From contig DCTW01000007.1 of assembly GCA_002329465.1 (NCBI GenBank), positions 3-64,002 on the forward strand: DNA of 64,000 bases, read 5' to 3'. The translations under genes were made by a program, and so were the position numbers. Below the pieces are notes generated by a model, which was not told where the DNA came from, searched no databases, and worked only from the letters and a program-made list of their open reading frames with translations. Positions 55,770 to 63,663 of the stretch are shown piece by piece (the first letter of the stretch is position 1; every line of letters starts with the position of its first letter). The DNA comes from Candidatus Woesebacteria bacterium UBA1430. Its GTDB lineage: Bacteria > Patescibacteriota > Microgenomatia > UBA8517.

Positions 55770-56744
55770 ATGAATGATTTTTTTGCACCAAAACCTAAAG
55801 AAAATGAGGCATGGGACGCTGCTATTATAGGTTCAGGCCCTGCTGGATTAACAGCAGCAATCTATTTAACGCGCGGCGCAGCTTCAACTGTTCTTTTTGC
55901 CGGAGATCAATGGGGAGGCCAATTAATGCTTACCACCCAAGTTGACAATTACCCAGGATTCCCCGAAGGAATTTTAGGCCCTGATCTTATGGACAAAATG
56001 CGCTCTCAAGCCGCTCGTTTTGGTACCGAAATAATCGAACAAAACGCTACTTCTTTAGAAAAAAAAGACAAAATTTTTATTATCAAAGCCGGCGAAAAAA
56101 GTTTTTCTTCCAAATCCGTCATAGTTACAACAGGCGCTAAAACACGCTGGTTGGGGATTCCTGGAGAAGATAGGTTGAGAGGAAAAGGAGTAAGCTCCTG
56201 CGCTCCCTGCGATGCACCATTTTTTAAAGATAAAAAAGTAGCAGTCATCGGAGGGGGAGATTCGGCAATGGAAGAAGCGCTGGTTCTTACAAAATATGCA
56301 TCAAAAGTTTTTATAATCCATAGAAGAAACGAATTCAGAGCTTCTCAGGCAATGCAGGAAAAAGTTTTTAGTAACAAAAAAATTAACGTAATATGGAATA
56401 GCGAAGTAATCGAATTTCTCGGCGAGGATAAGCTCAGAGAAGCAAAGATCAAAAACAACGAAACAAAAAAAATCGAGCAAATGGGTATAGAAGGCGCGTT
56501 TGTAGCAATAGGTCACGATCCAGCAAGCGAAATTTTTAAAGGAATTCTGGAACTGGACGAAAAAGGCTATGTCAAAAAATTTGAAAAAGACGGCTTCAAA
56601 ACCGCAACAAGTCAAAAAGGGATCTTTGTAGCAGGGGATGTACATGACTATCACTATCGCCAGGCGGTAACAGCAGCAGGCTTTGGCTGTATGGCAGCAA
56701 TGGACACGCTAAATTACCTAGACAAAGATACTCCGTCTTGGTAA
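55770..56744 (+). CDS. trxB: thioredoxin-disulfide reductase
   Basis: GSGPAG FAD loop, redox-active CAPC, GGGDSAMEEA NADPH loop and GIFVAGDV. Confidence 0.9.
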   Translation: MNDFFAPKPKENEAWDAAIIGSGPAGLTAAIYLTRGAASTVLFAGDQWGGQLMLTTQVDNYPGFPEGILGPDLMDKMRSQAARFGTEIIEQNATSLEKKDKIFIIKAGEKSFSSKSVIVTTGAKTRWLGIPGEDRLRGKGVSSCAPCDAPFFKDKKVAVIGGGDSAMEEALVLTKYASKVFIIHRRNEFRASQAMQEKVFSNKKINVIWNSEVIEFLGEDKLREAKIKNNETKKIEQMGIEGAFVAIGHDPASEIFKGILELDEKGYVKKFEKDGFKTATSQKGIFVAGDVHDYHYRQAVTAAGFGCMAAMDTLNYLDKDTPSW

Positions 56745-56752
56745 GAAAAAAA

Positions 56753-57283
56753 TTAGTTTAAACTTTCAAGGGTTTTATAAGAAACTACCGCAGCACTTCC
56801 CCAGACGTTAAATGATTTATTAATCCCAAGCATAGGAAGCTCAACTATTACATCAGCCACTTGGAGAACCTTACTTGAAACACCCCTTGTCTCGTGCCCA
56901 AGAACAAGAGCAACCGGAAAGTCTGGCCGTAAATTTTTATAACTAACGGATTTTGGATCCTGCTCTATTGCTATTATTTGGTATCCGCGGTTTTTAAGCT
57001 CGTCAATTACTTCCACTGCACTATTTCGTTTTTCCCAAGGTACCCAGTTTTCAGTACCCACAGCAGCTTTGTGGATCCTTGCTGACGGCGGGTGCTCCAT
57101 CTCTCCGCAAAGATACATTTTTTTGGCGGCAATAGCATCCGCGAGCCTAAACAAACTCCCTATGTTGTATGTATCAAGTATTTCATCCAGCACAAAAACG
57201 ATCGGATTTCTTTTGATCTTTTTTATATCTTTCTCGCTTGGCAAAGAAATTCTAAGCTCTGCTGCATTCTTTTTTTTCACCAC
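56753..57283 (-). CDS. SpoU/TrmH-family RNA 2'-O-methyltransferase
   Basis: NIGSLFRLADA, LVLGHETRGVS and ELPMLGINKSFNV motifs. Confidence 0.85.
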   Translation of the reverse strand: MVKKKNAAELRISLPSEKDIKKIKRNPIVFVLDEILDTYNIGSLFRLADAIAAKKMYLCGEMEHPPSARIHKAAVGTENWVPWEKRNSAVEVIDELKNRGYQIIAIEQDPKSVSYKNLRPDFPVALVLGHETRGVSSKVLQVADVIVELPMLGINKSFNVWGSAAVVSYKTLESLN

Positions 57284-57338
57284 GCTATTATATCAGACTT
57301 CAATAATTTCGCGCCCGTTTGTATAATAATATTTTGTC

Positions 57339-58280
57339 ATGAAGGATACGGTAATCGAAGTAAAAAACCTTGTTAAAAAATATAAAAAAGCAAACACCCC
57401 TGCCGTGGACGGAATATCTTTCAATGTCAAAAGGGGTGAATTTTTTGCGCTTCTTGGCCCAAATGGTGCGGGAAAGACAACAACAATATCAATTCTCACA
57501 ACCATACTTAGTAAAACCGAGGGGGTAGTTAAAATTGCGAATTACGACATAGAAAAAGAGGCCGATAAAATTAGAAAAAGCATAGGAATAATTTTCCAAA
57601 ACCCAAGTCTTGACCTAAATCTTACCGCAGAAGAAAATATTCGTTTTCATGCCCTTATATACGGTCTTTACCCATTCCGCCCTTCATTTTCTCTAATGTC
57701 CGAAGAATATCGCCGAGAAGTTATCAAACTCGCAGAAATAATAGGTATAAAAAACGACATTACAAAACCGGTTAAAACATTTTCGGGCGGCATGAAAAGA
57801 AAGCTGGAAATAGTAAGAAGCCTGATCCACAAACCCAAAGTACTCTTTCTTGACGAACCAACCTCTGGCCTCGATCCGGCAAGCAGAAAAAATCTTTGGA
57901 AATATCTCCAGGATATTAGAAAAAAATACAAAACAACCATTTTTCTTACAACGCACTATCTGGAGGAAGCGGAAGACGCGGATAGAGTTTTAATTATCGA
58001 CCAAGGAAAAATTGTAACCCTTGGAACCCCAGCAAAAATCAAAAAAGACCTGATAGATAGTTCAATCATACTAAACGCGAAAGACAAAGCTGCTTTAAGA
58101 TCCGAGCTCGACGCTATGAAATTAGATTACGAAGGACACGGACCGTTTAAAATCAAATTGAACGGTAAAAATGCCCAGGAAATAATTAAATCCATAAAGT
58201 CGGATCTTACTTATCTTGATATCAATAACCCAAAGCTTGAGGACGCATATCTCAAATTAATAGCAAAAGGAAATAAATGA
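57339..58280 (+). CDS. ABC transporter ATP-binding protein (ABC-2/DrrA-like)
   Basis: GPNGAGKTTT, FSGGMKRKLEI and LFLDEPTSGLD. Confidence 0.9.
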   Translation: MKDTVIEVKNLVKKYKKANTPAVDGISFNVKRGEFFALLGPNGAGKTTTISILTTILSKTEGVVKIANYDIEKEADKIRKSIGIIFQNPSLDLNLTAEENIRFHALIYGLYPFRPSFSLMSEEYRREVIKLAEIIGIKNDITKPVKTFSGGMKRKLEIVRSLIHKPKVLFLDEPTSGLDPASRKNLWKYLQDIRKKYKTTIFLTTHYLEEAEDADRVLIIDQGKIVTLGTPAKIKKDLIDSSIILNAKDKAALRSELDAMKLDYEGHGPFKIKLNGKNAQEIIKSIKSDLTYLDINNPKLEDAYLKLIAKGNK

Positions 58281-59059
58281 TTCATCAAATTACAGCTATT
58301 TTCACAATCGCGCAAAGAGATTTTACAAAGCTTTTGAGGGATCGTGCCCGTATTTTGGCAACTTTCATATTTCCATTTCTTTTTATAGGAATTCTTGGCA
58401 CAAGCCTTGAGTCAAACCTTCCACCTGATATCGGTTATAGCTTTAAAGTGTTCGTATTCACGGGTGTTCTTGCCCAAACGCTTTTCCAATCAACCGCCTC
58501 AGGAATAATTTCTTTAATAGAGGATAGGGAAAACGACTTTTCTCAAGAAATCTTTGTTTCTCCGATCTCAAGATATTCAATAATCATTGGAAAAATATTG
58601 GGCGAAACCATGGTTTCAATGACGCAGGGCTTAGGCATAATCGCCTTTGGTTTACTAATAGGCGTTCCGCTTTCTTTGGAAAAGCTTATTCTCATGTTTC
58701 CGGCAGGATTAATGGCATGCCTTTTTGGAGGTGCATTCGGGATTTTAGTGCTCTCAAATCTCAAATCACAAAGAGCTGCAAATCAAATCTTTCCCTTTAT
58801 TATTTTTCCTCAATTTTTTTTGGCAGGCGTCTTTAATCCCATCAAAAGCCTTCCACCCCTTCTTCATATTCTCTCAAGAGCAATGCCTATGACCTATGCG
58901 GTTGACCTTATGAGGGGGGTGTACTATGCAAATTCTCCGGAAAAAAATCTAATCGTACTCCACTCAATTAGCTGGAATACTCTGGTTATATCCGTCGTTT
59001 TTATGATATTTCTCCTTTTAGGAACAGCTCTTTTTATAAATAATGAAAAAAATAAATAA
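58277..59059 (+). CDS. ABC-2-type transporter permease
   Basis: Six TM helices. ATGA overlap with the ATPase gene. Confidence 0.8.
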   Translation: MIHQITAIFTIAQRDFTKLLRDRARILATFIFPFLFIGILGTSLESNLPPDIGYSFKVFVFTGVLAQTLFQSTASGIISLIEDRENDFSQEIFVSPISRYSIIIGKILGETMVSMTQGLGIIAFGLLIGVPLSLEKLILMFPAGLMACLFGGAFGILVLSNLKSQRAANQIFPFIIFPQFFLAGVFNPIKSLPPLLHILSRAMPMTYAVDLMRGVYYANSPEKNLIVLHSISWNTLVISVVFMIFLLLGTALFINNEKNK

Positions 59060-59118
59060 CACGTTTTTTTCTATTGACAAATACCCTAGAGTAATACTAT
59101 ATATTATGGTAATAAACA

Positions 59119-59721
59119 ATGTCTGAATTTGAGCAAACAGTAGGAGAAATTGTTGGGCACATAAAAAGGAGTAGGGATGGTTTTGGTCAAGGATGGGCAG
59201 AATTCCACGCTGCCGAAGAATTATATAAAACCGCAAAAGAATTAAGAAGGCAGATGCTTCAAGAAATTCTTGGTCAAAATGATCTGGCAATTTGTCCCGG
59301 GTATCATGGTTTGCAGGAAGGTTCAAACAAGCCAGCGGCCGAGCAGTTGGGGATTTATCCACGTTCTCAAATGAGGCTTTATTTTTTTCAAGACCCAGTT
59401 TTCGAAAGAGAGGGAGAGTACGGAACCGATTTCTTCGGTGCTACGTGGTTAAGTTTGCTTTGTCCGGAGCATTTTCCAGAAACTGACGAAATATATCGCC
59501 AGGCTGAAACAGGTACTGAAATAAAAAGCGAAGTGATTCGGGATGGCGATAGATACATTCTTCATGTAAATGGAGAGGATATTACGGATTTTGTAAATAG
59601 GGGTGGAGCACACATTAATCTTAATGGCGTTACCCATCCGGGAGAAGAAATATATAGACATTTCAACTTACCGGACTTACCCGAAAAACCCAGCTTAGAT
59701 TCGTTAAAATTTGGAAAATAA
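59119..59721 (+). CDS. hypothetical protein (200 aa)
   Basis: Preceded by TTGACA (59074-59079), an 18-nt spacer and TATATA. Locally G+C-rich. No family recognised. Confidence 0.5.
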   Translation: MSEFEQTVGEIVGHIKRSRDGFGQGWAEFHAAEELYKTAKELRRQMLQEILGQNDLAICPGYHGLQEGSNKPAAEQLGIYPRSQMRLYFFQDPVFEREGEYGTDFFGATWLSLLCPEHFPETDEIYRQAETGTEIKSEVIRDGDRYILHVNGEDITDFVNRGGAHINLNGVTHPGEEIYRHFNLPDLPEKPSLDSLKFGK

Positions 59722-59872
59722 AAACTTCCCTTAATCTCTCCAACAATGGCTGCCTACTTCTGTAGGTATTATAACTGCCTTAGAGAAGATTGTTAAGGCA
59801 TTTGAGGACACTGTTCAGGTTCAATTAATCAAGGAGAGATGGGAAGAAATTAAAACTTTACAAGTTCCGGCA

Positions 59873-60673
59873 CTAGCTGTCTAATTCTGTTCTAATATTC
59901 TCTAGGAATTCAACTTCTTGCTGAAATAAATGAGGAGTAGCTTCATCTATGGTAAACCAACCGGTTGTTTCCTCTGGATTATTTTGCTCAAAGTTGGGGG
60001 TTTTCATTAAATAGAAATGGATATCTTTCAAAACCACATTTCCATTGTCCTCCACAGCTGGTCTGTTTATACTTCCCAACTTCTTAATAATAGTTATATT
60101 TAAAAATCCGGTTTCCTCTTTCATTTCCCTAAGTGCCGTTTGTTCTAATGTTTCACCATCCTCAATATGACCTTTAGGTAATACTAAATCACCGTTTGGA
60201 AAAGTAACAAAAAGTATTTTCTGTTTTCCATCAACAACTTGTGTAATAATTCCTCCCGCAGACACTGCTTTACCAATTTGCAATTTCTCAAAAAACTTTT
60301 TCGTTGCTGGCCATACTTTATCGCTTTTTATAATTTGCTCCTTAGTAAACCACTTAACGTCACCAACTTCGTCTTTTTGAGGATTAATTTCTTTTACTAC
60401 CGCACTACAAATCCACCAATAAGTTAATTGGTCTTTAACATCACCTTTTGATTTTTCAACTTGCTTTAGAGGAATGACTTCAAATCCCAGCTCCTCATTA
60501 ATTTCTCTGATTAGAGCTGTCTTTATATCTTCGTCTTCCTCCAAATGTCCGCCAGGTGGATAGTAAAAACCTGTAAATTCACCAAAATCTCTCTTTGAAC
60601 TCATCAATAGAAATTCTGCTTCCTCGTCTCTGTTTAGTCTTGGAATAATTCCAACCACAACTTTTTTTGTCAT
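59873..60673 (-). CDS. tandem-domain Nudix hydrolase
   Basis: Two Nudix boxes: GGHLEEDEDIKTALIREINEELG and KGHIEDGETLEQTALREMKEETG. Confidence 0.8.
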   Translation of the reverse strand: MTKKVVVGIIPRLNRDEEAEFLLMSSKRDFGEFTGFYYPPGGHLEEDEDIKTALIREINEELGFEVIPLKQVEKSKGDVKDQLTYWWICSAVVKEINPQKDEVGDVKWFTKEQIIKSDKVWPATKKFFEKLQIGKAVSAGGIITQVVDGKQKILFVTFPNGDLVLPKGHIEDGETLEQTALREMKEETGFLNITIIKKLGSINRPAVEDNGNVVLKDIHFYLMKTPNFEQNNPEETTGWFTIDEATPHLFQQEVEFLENIRTELDS

Positions 60674-60702
60674 AATTTTTAGGTTCTAATAGCGGAAGTG
60701 TG

Positions 60703-60773
60703 CTGCCCGGCAGGGATTCGAACCCCGATTAACGGCTCCAAAGGCCGCTGTCCTACCGTTAGACGACCGGGCA
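60703..60773 (-). tRNA. tRNA-Gln (anticodon TTG)
   Basis: Acceptor tgcccgg/ccgggca (U1-A72, as in bacterial tRNA-Gln), D gtc/gac, anticodon stem gcggc/gccgt, loop ctTTGga, T cgggg-ttcgaat-ccctg. Confidence 0.85.
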
Positions 60774-60810
60774 ATGTTTACGCTATTTTACCATCGAGCA
60801 CTTTTCTAAT

Positions 60811-62283
60811 CTAGTTCACAAATCCATTTAAAGGCAGAAGCTGCCCATCCTCTTGTGTGCAGACAGAAGGATCAACCTGCATTTTTTTTGGAACAATAAC
60901 TCCAATATCACCAAAAACCTTATTTACCTCATTCTCCGAAATGGTCCAAGGCCGAACAATGCTATATGTAGGGACATCGTTCCCGGGGGCTATTTGGATA
61001 ACTTTTTTCCACCAAAAAAGATAGCGGTATCCATAAGAAACGCCAAGTTCGCCGATATAATTAATACCGACGCATGGATAGTTGTTTTCCCTAACACTTT
61101 CTTTAATAAAAGTAACAGCACCAAGTTTATCTTTATATTCACCATGTACTTGTTTTTGGTTTAACGCCGAAAAGTTTATTAGAACAAAAAATCCCAAAAG
61201 AAAAACTGCCGGGGAAAAAAATCCCTTGATTCTTATTACAAACGAATAAAAAATCCCAAAAAGAGTAACGGACAAAACAATCAAATTATTAAAATAGTAT
61301 TCACTCATCGCACGTTTTGAAAAAAAGTGAACAGCAATTGTTAAAACAACCCAGGCGATAAAAATTGCTGCTTCCTCCCGTTTTATTTTTTTTAAACCCC
61401 AAAGCCCAAAAACAAGCAGGAAAAATCCTGCGAAAGAGTAGGGGAATATGCGGATATTGCTAAAAGGCTCCCGAAGCACGCGGTCTATATGCTCAATTAT
61501 CACATAGAGCTTATAATACCCGCTTCTAATCTCGGCATACTCTCCTCCGGAAGAAAAAGCCGTGGCAAGCGCATTTATCTGCCCAAACCCATGCCTTATC
61601 TCAAAAGCGATAAAAGGAGTGATAAGCAGAATAAATATGCCAAAAGAAAAATAAACCGCCCGTTTATGCGAAAAAAGGTTTTTTAGAGATCCCCGGGAAA
61701 GAAAAAACGCTAGTGGAACAAGAATCAAAAAATAAGGAATAAATGCAATATGAATATGCCAGATTAAGCCGAAAAGCACTATTAATATAGGTATCGCCCG
61801 GTAATCCTTTCGTAAAAGAATCATCAGACAATAAAAAAACCATACGCTCCAGAGAAGTGTGGGCTGAGTAGGAACAATCCATCTGTCAAGAAAGGCAATA
61901 TTCGAGCTTGCGGCATAAATAACGCTCGCCGAAATAGCGGCATCTTTTCCGTAAAGTTTTTTAATAATCCAAAAAACGCTCATCAAAGTTGCCATGGAAA
62001 TAACGGTAATTGGTATGGCAAAGGACAAAGGATTCATGCCAAAAAGCCAAAAGAAAAAAGCCATTATGTAGTAATAAATTGGACCTATAAAAAGTCCTGT
62101 AATACTCGTTTCCTGTCCGATCAGTCTAAAATGTTTGTCAACCAAAATATCCTTTGCAATAAAGGCTTGAAGATCCTGCTCATGCCCGTATCCGTAAAGC
62201 TCCTCAAATCGAAAAATTCTAAAAAACAAACCCAGCAAAATTATTACCATTAATATGTAATTTTGCCGAATCAGCTTAAACAT
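60811..62283 (-). CDS. GT-C fold membrane glycosyltransferase (ArnT/PMT, GT39-like)
   Basis: About 12 TM helices, an N-terminal loop with an acidic motif (GYGHEQD) and a C-terminal soluble domain. Confidence 0.65.
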   Translation of the reverse strand: MFKLIRQNYILMVIILLGLFFRIFRFEELYGYGHEQDLQAFIAKDILVDKHFRLIGQETSITGLFIGPIYYYIMAFFFWLFGMNPLSFAIPITVISMATLMSVFWIIKKLYGKDAAISASVIYAASSNIAFLDRWIVPTQPTLLWSVWFFYCLMILLRKDYRAIPILIVLFGLIWHIHIAFIPYFLILVPLAFFLSRGSLKNLFSHKRAVYFSFGIFILLITPFIAFEIRHGFGQINALATAFSSGGEYAEIRSGYYKLYVIIEHIDRVLREPFSNIRIFPYSFAGFFLLVFGLWGLKKIKREEAAIFIAWVVLTIAVHFFSKRAMSEYYFNNLIVLSVTLFGIFYSFVIRIKGFFSPAVFLLGFFVLINFSALNQKQVHGEYKDKLGAVTFIKESVRENNYPCVGINYIGELGVSYGYRYLFWWKKVIQIAPGNDVPTYSIVRPWTISENEVNKVFGDIGVIVPKKMQVDPSVCTQEDGQLLPLNGFVN

Positions 62284-62358
62284 AATTTTATGTTAATCCA
62301 TCAAAGTTGATTAAGCCACCCCCGCTAAGGTAAAATAGTTCTGTTCTTTAAATGAAAT

Positions 62359-62431
62359 GGGTCGCTAGCTCAATTGGCAGAGCACCAGCCTTTTAAGCTG
62401 AGGGTTCTGGGTTCGAGTCCCAGGCGACTCA
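62359..62431 (+). tRNA. tRNA-Lys (anticodon TTT)
   Basis: Acceptor gggtcgc/gcgactc, D gctc/gagc, loop ctTTTaa, T ctggg-ttcgagt-cccag. Confidence 0.85.
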
Positions 62432-62624
62432 CAATGTGCTATCATTCTTCTAAATGCCGGTTGTAGTTGTTAAAGATAAAGTCAGCAAAAAAGGCATCAG
62501 AAAGAGCGCTTACATTAAGCAATATTCTCCATGCTGCCTACAGCTAATACAAATTTATATTTTAATTCATTATCGGCAATAAAAAAACTCTTGTTTTTAC
62601 CCCATAATACCTAAATAATAAAAT

Positions 62625-63134
62625 GTGAGTCGTGAGCACTTCATTACAACAACATTTTCATTAACAGCACTCGCTCTGATAGCCTCTGCAGGCTTTGAGC
62701 AATCGGTTAGGAATGAAATATTAAAAAAAGAGCACTCGTGCGGTATATGTGGCAATCAAAAAAGCCTTACTGTGCACCATATCGTACCCGACAGCCTGGA
62801 AAACGGTAAAGATAACCAAAGCCCCAAAAATTCAATCGATCCTTATGTAAAATTTTTTCAAGAGGTGTACAAAGAAGAAATTTTGCCCATTATCCCCCCT
62901 GGCATACTTGGTGATTTTAGAAGAGCCGTAAAAAAAAGAATAAATTCACAAGCAAACGGAGTCGTCCTTTGTATGGGGTGCCATAGAAGGCTTCATCAAA
63001 ATTTTAATCCAAACTACGACAGGAATTTTTTCGATTCTGATTTGGGGTACGATCTATCAGAAGAATCTTTGGTTCAGTTTATGTTGGACAAAATCATTAA
63101 CCCGGCTCTTAGAGATCTATCACTAGATATCTAA
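62625..63134 (+). CDS. HNH endonuclease-domain protein with N-terminal hydrophobic segment
   Basis: CGICGNQKSLTVHHIVP ... NGVVLCMGCHRRLH (HNH / CxxC...CxxC). GTG start. Confidence 0.7.
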   Translation: MSREHFITTTFSLTALALIASAGFEQSVRNEILKKEHSCGICGNQKSLTVHHIVPDSLENGKDNQSPKNSIDPYVKFFQEVYKEEILPIIPPGILGDFRRAVKKRINSQANGVVLCMGCHRRLHQNFNPNYDRNFFDSDLGYDLSEESLVQFMLDKIINPALRDLSLDI

Positions 63135-63148
63135 ACGACTTAGCTAAG

Positions 63149-63221
63149 TGACCCCACCGGGATTCGAACCCGGGTTTGCGGGATGAAAGCCCGCTGTCCT
63201 AGTCCCCTAGACGATGGGGCC
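63149..63221 (-). tRNA. tRNA-Glu (anticodon TTC)
   Basis: Acceptor ggcccca/tggggtc, D gtct/ggac, anticodon stem gcggg/cccgc, loop ctTTCat, 4-nt variable loop, T ccggg-ttcgaat-cccgg. The layout parallels E. coli tRNA-Glu. Confidence 0.85.
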
Positions 63222-63428
63222 AAGTCTTTTCAATACCTCCTCTTCTCTTTTTATTGCGGCGGTTTTTAATATATACGCTTCATAGTATATCAAATTGTAG
63301 GGAGCTTTTGTCTTTGTATATCTTGATCTAAGTTTATTATGTTGTTTAATTCTTTTCTTAAGATCACTGGTATAACCTACATAAGTCGAGTTATCTTGGC
63401 TGCTTTTAATAAAGTAAACGTAATACAT
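63207..63428 (-). CDS. GIY-YIG nuclease-domain protein (73 aa), with its 3' end inside tRNA-Glu
   Basis: MYYVYFIKSSQDNSTYVGYTSDLKKRIKQHN...LIYYEAY... (GIY / YIG / R / H-N pattern). The last 5 codons and the TAG stop lie within the tRNA acceptor/D arm. Confidence 0.75.
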   Translation of the reverse strand: MYYVYFIKSSQDNSTYVGYTSDLKKRIKQHNKLRSRYTKTKAPYNLIYYEAYILKTAAIKREEEVLKRLGPIV

Positions 63429-63442
63429 TCAGTAGGCTATAA

Positions 63443-63480
63443 ATGAAAGCCCGCTGTCCTAGTCCCCTAGACGATGGGGC
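63443..63480 (-). repeat. orphan copy of the tRNA-Glu 5' half (positions 2 to end of anticodon loop), identical to 63183-63220
   Basis: 38/38 identity read directly: atgaaagcccgctgtcctagtcccctagacgatggggc occurs at both sites in the same orientation, 260 bp apart. Confidence 0.9.
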
Positions 63481-63493
63481 TGTTTTATCACCC

Positions 63494-63523
63494 TTGAAAC
63501 AATATTGCACACTCTGATATAAT
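63494..63523 (+). promoter_or_regulatory. candidate rRNA operon promoter
   Basis: TTGAAA (63494-63499), an 18-nt spacer, then TGaTATAAT (63515-63523), about 140 nt upstream of the 16S 5' end. Confidence 0.5.
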
Positions 63524-63663
63524 ACCTCCACTACAAAGTTAACTTCCCTCTCCTTTTGGAGAAAGAAGGGGGTAACAACTCCAGGTAGAAAATTGAACCT
63601 TGACAATCAACTAACGTCTGAAAGCAACTTTGGGCGCTTCTTGCTTTTTAGCAAGATTCGTCA

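Noticed and set aside
63600-63605. Second TTGACA as an rRNA P2 promoter
   Set aside because: No acceptable -10 hexamer lies 15-19 nt downstream.
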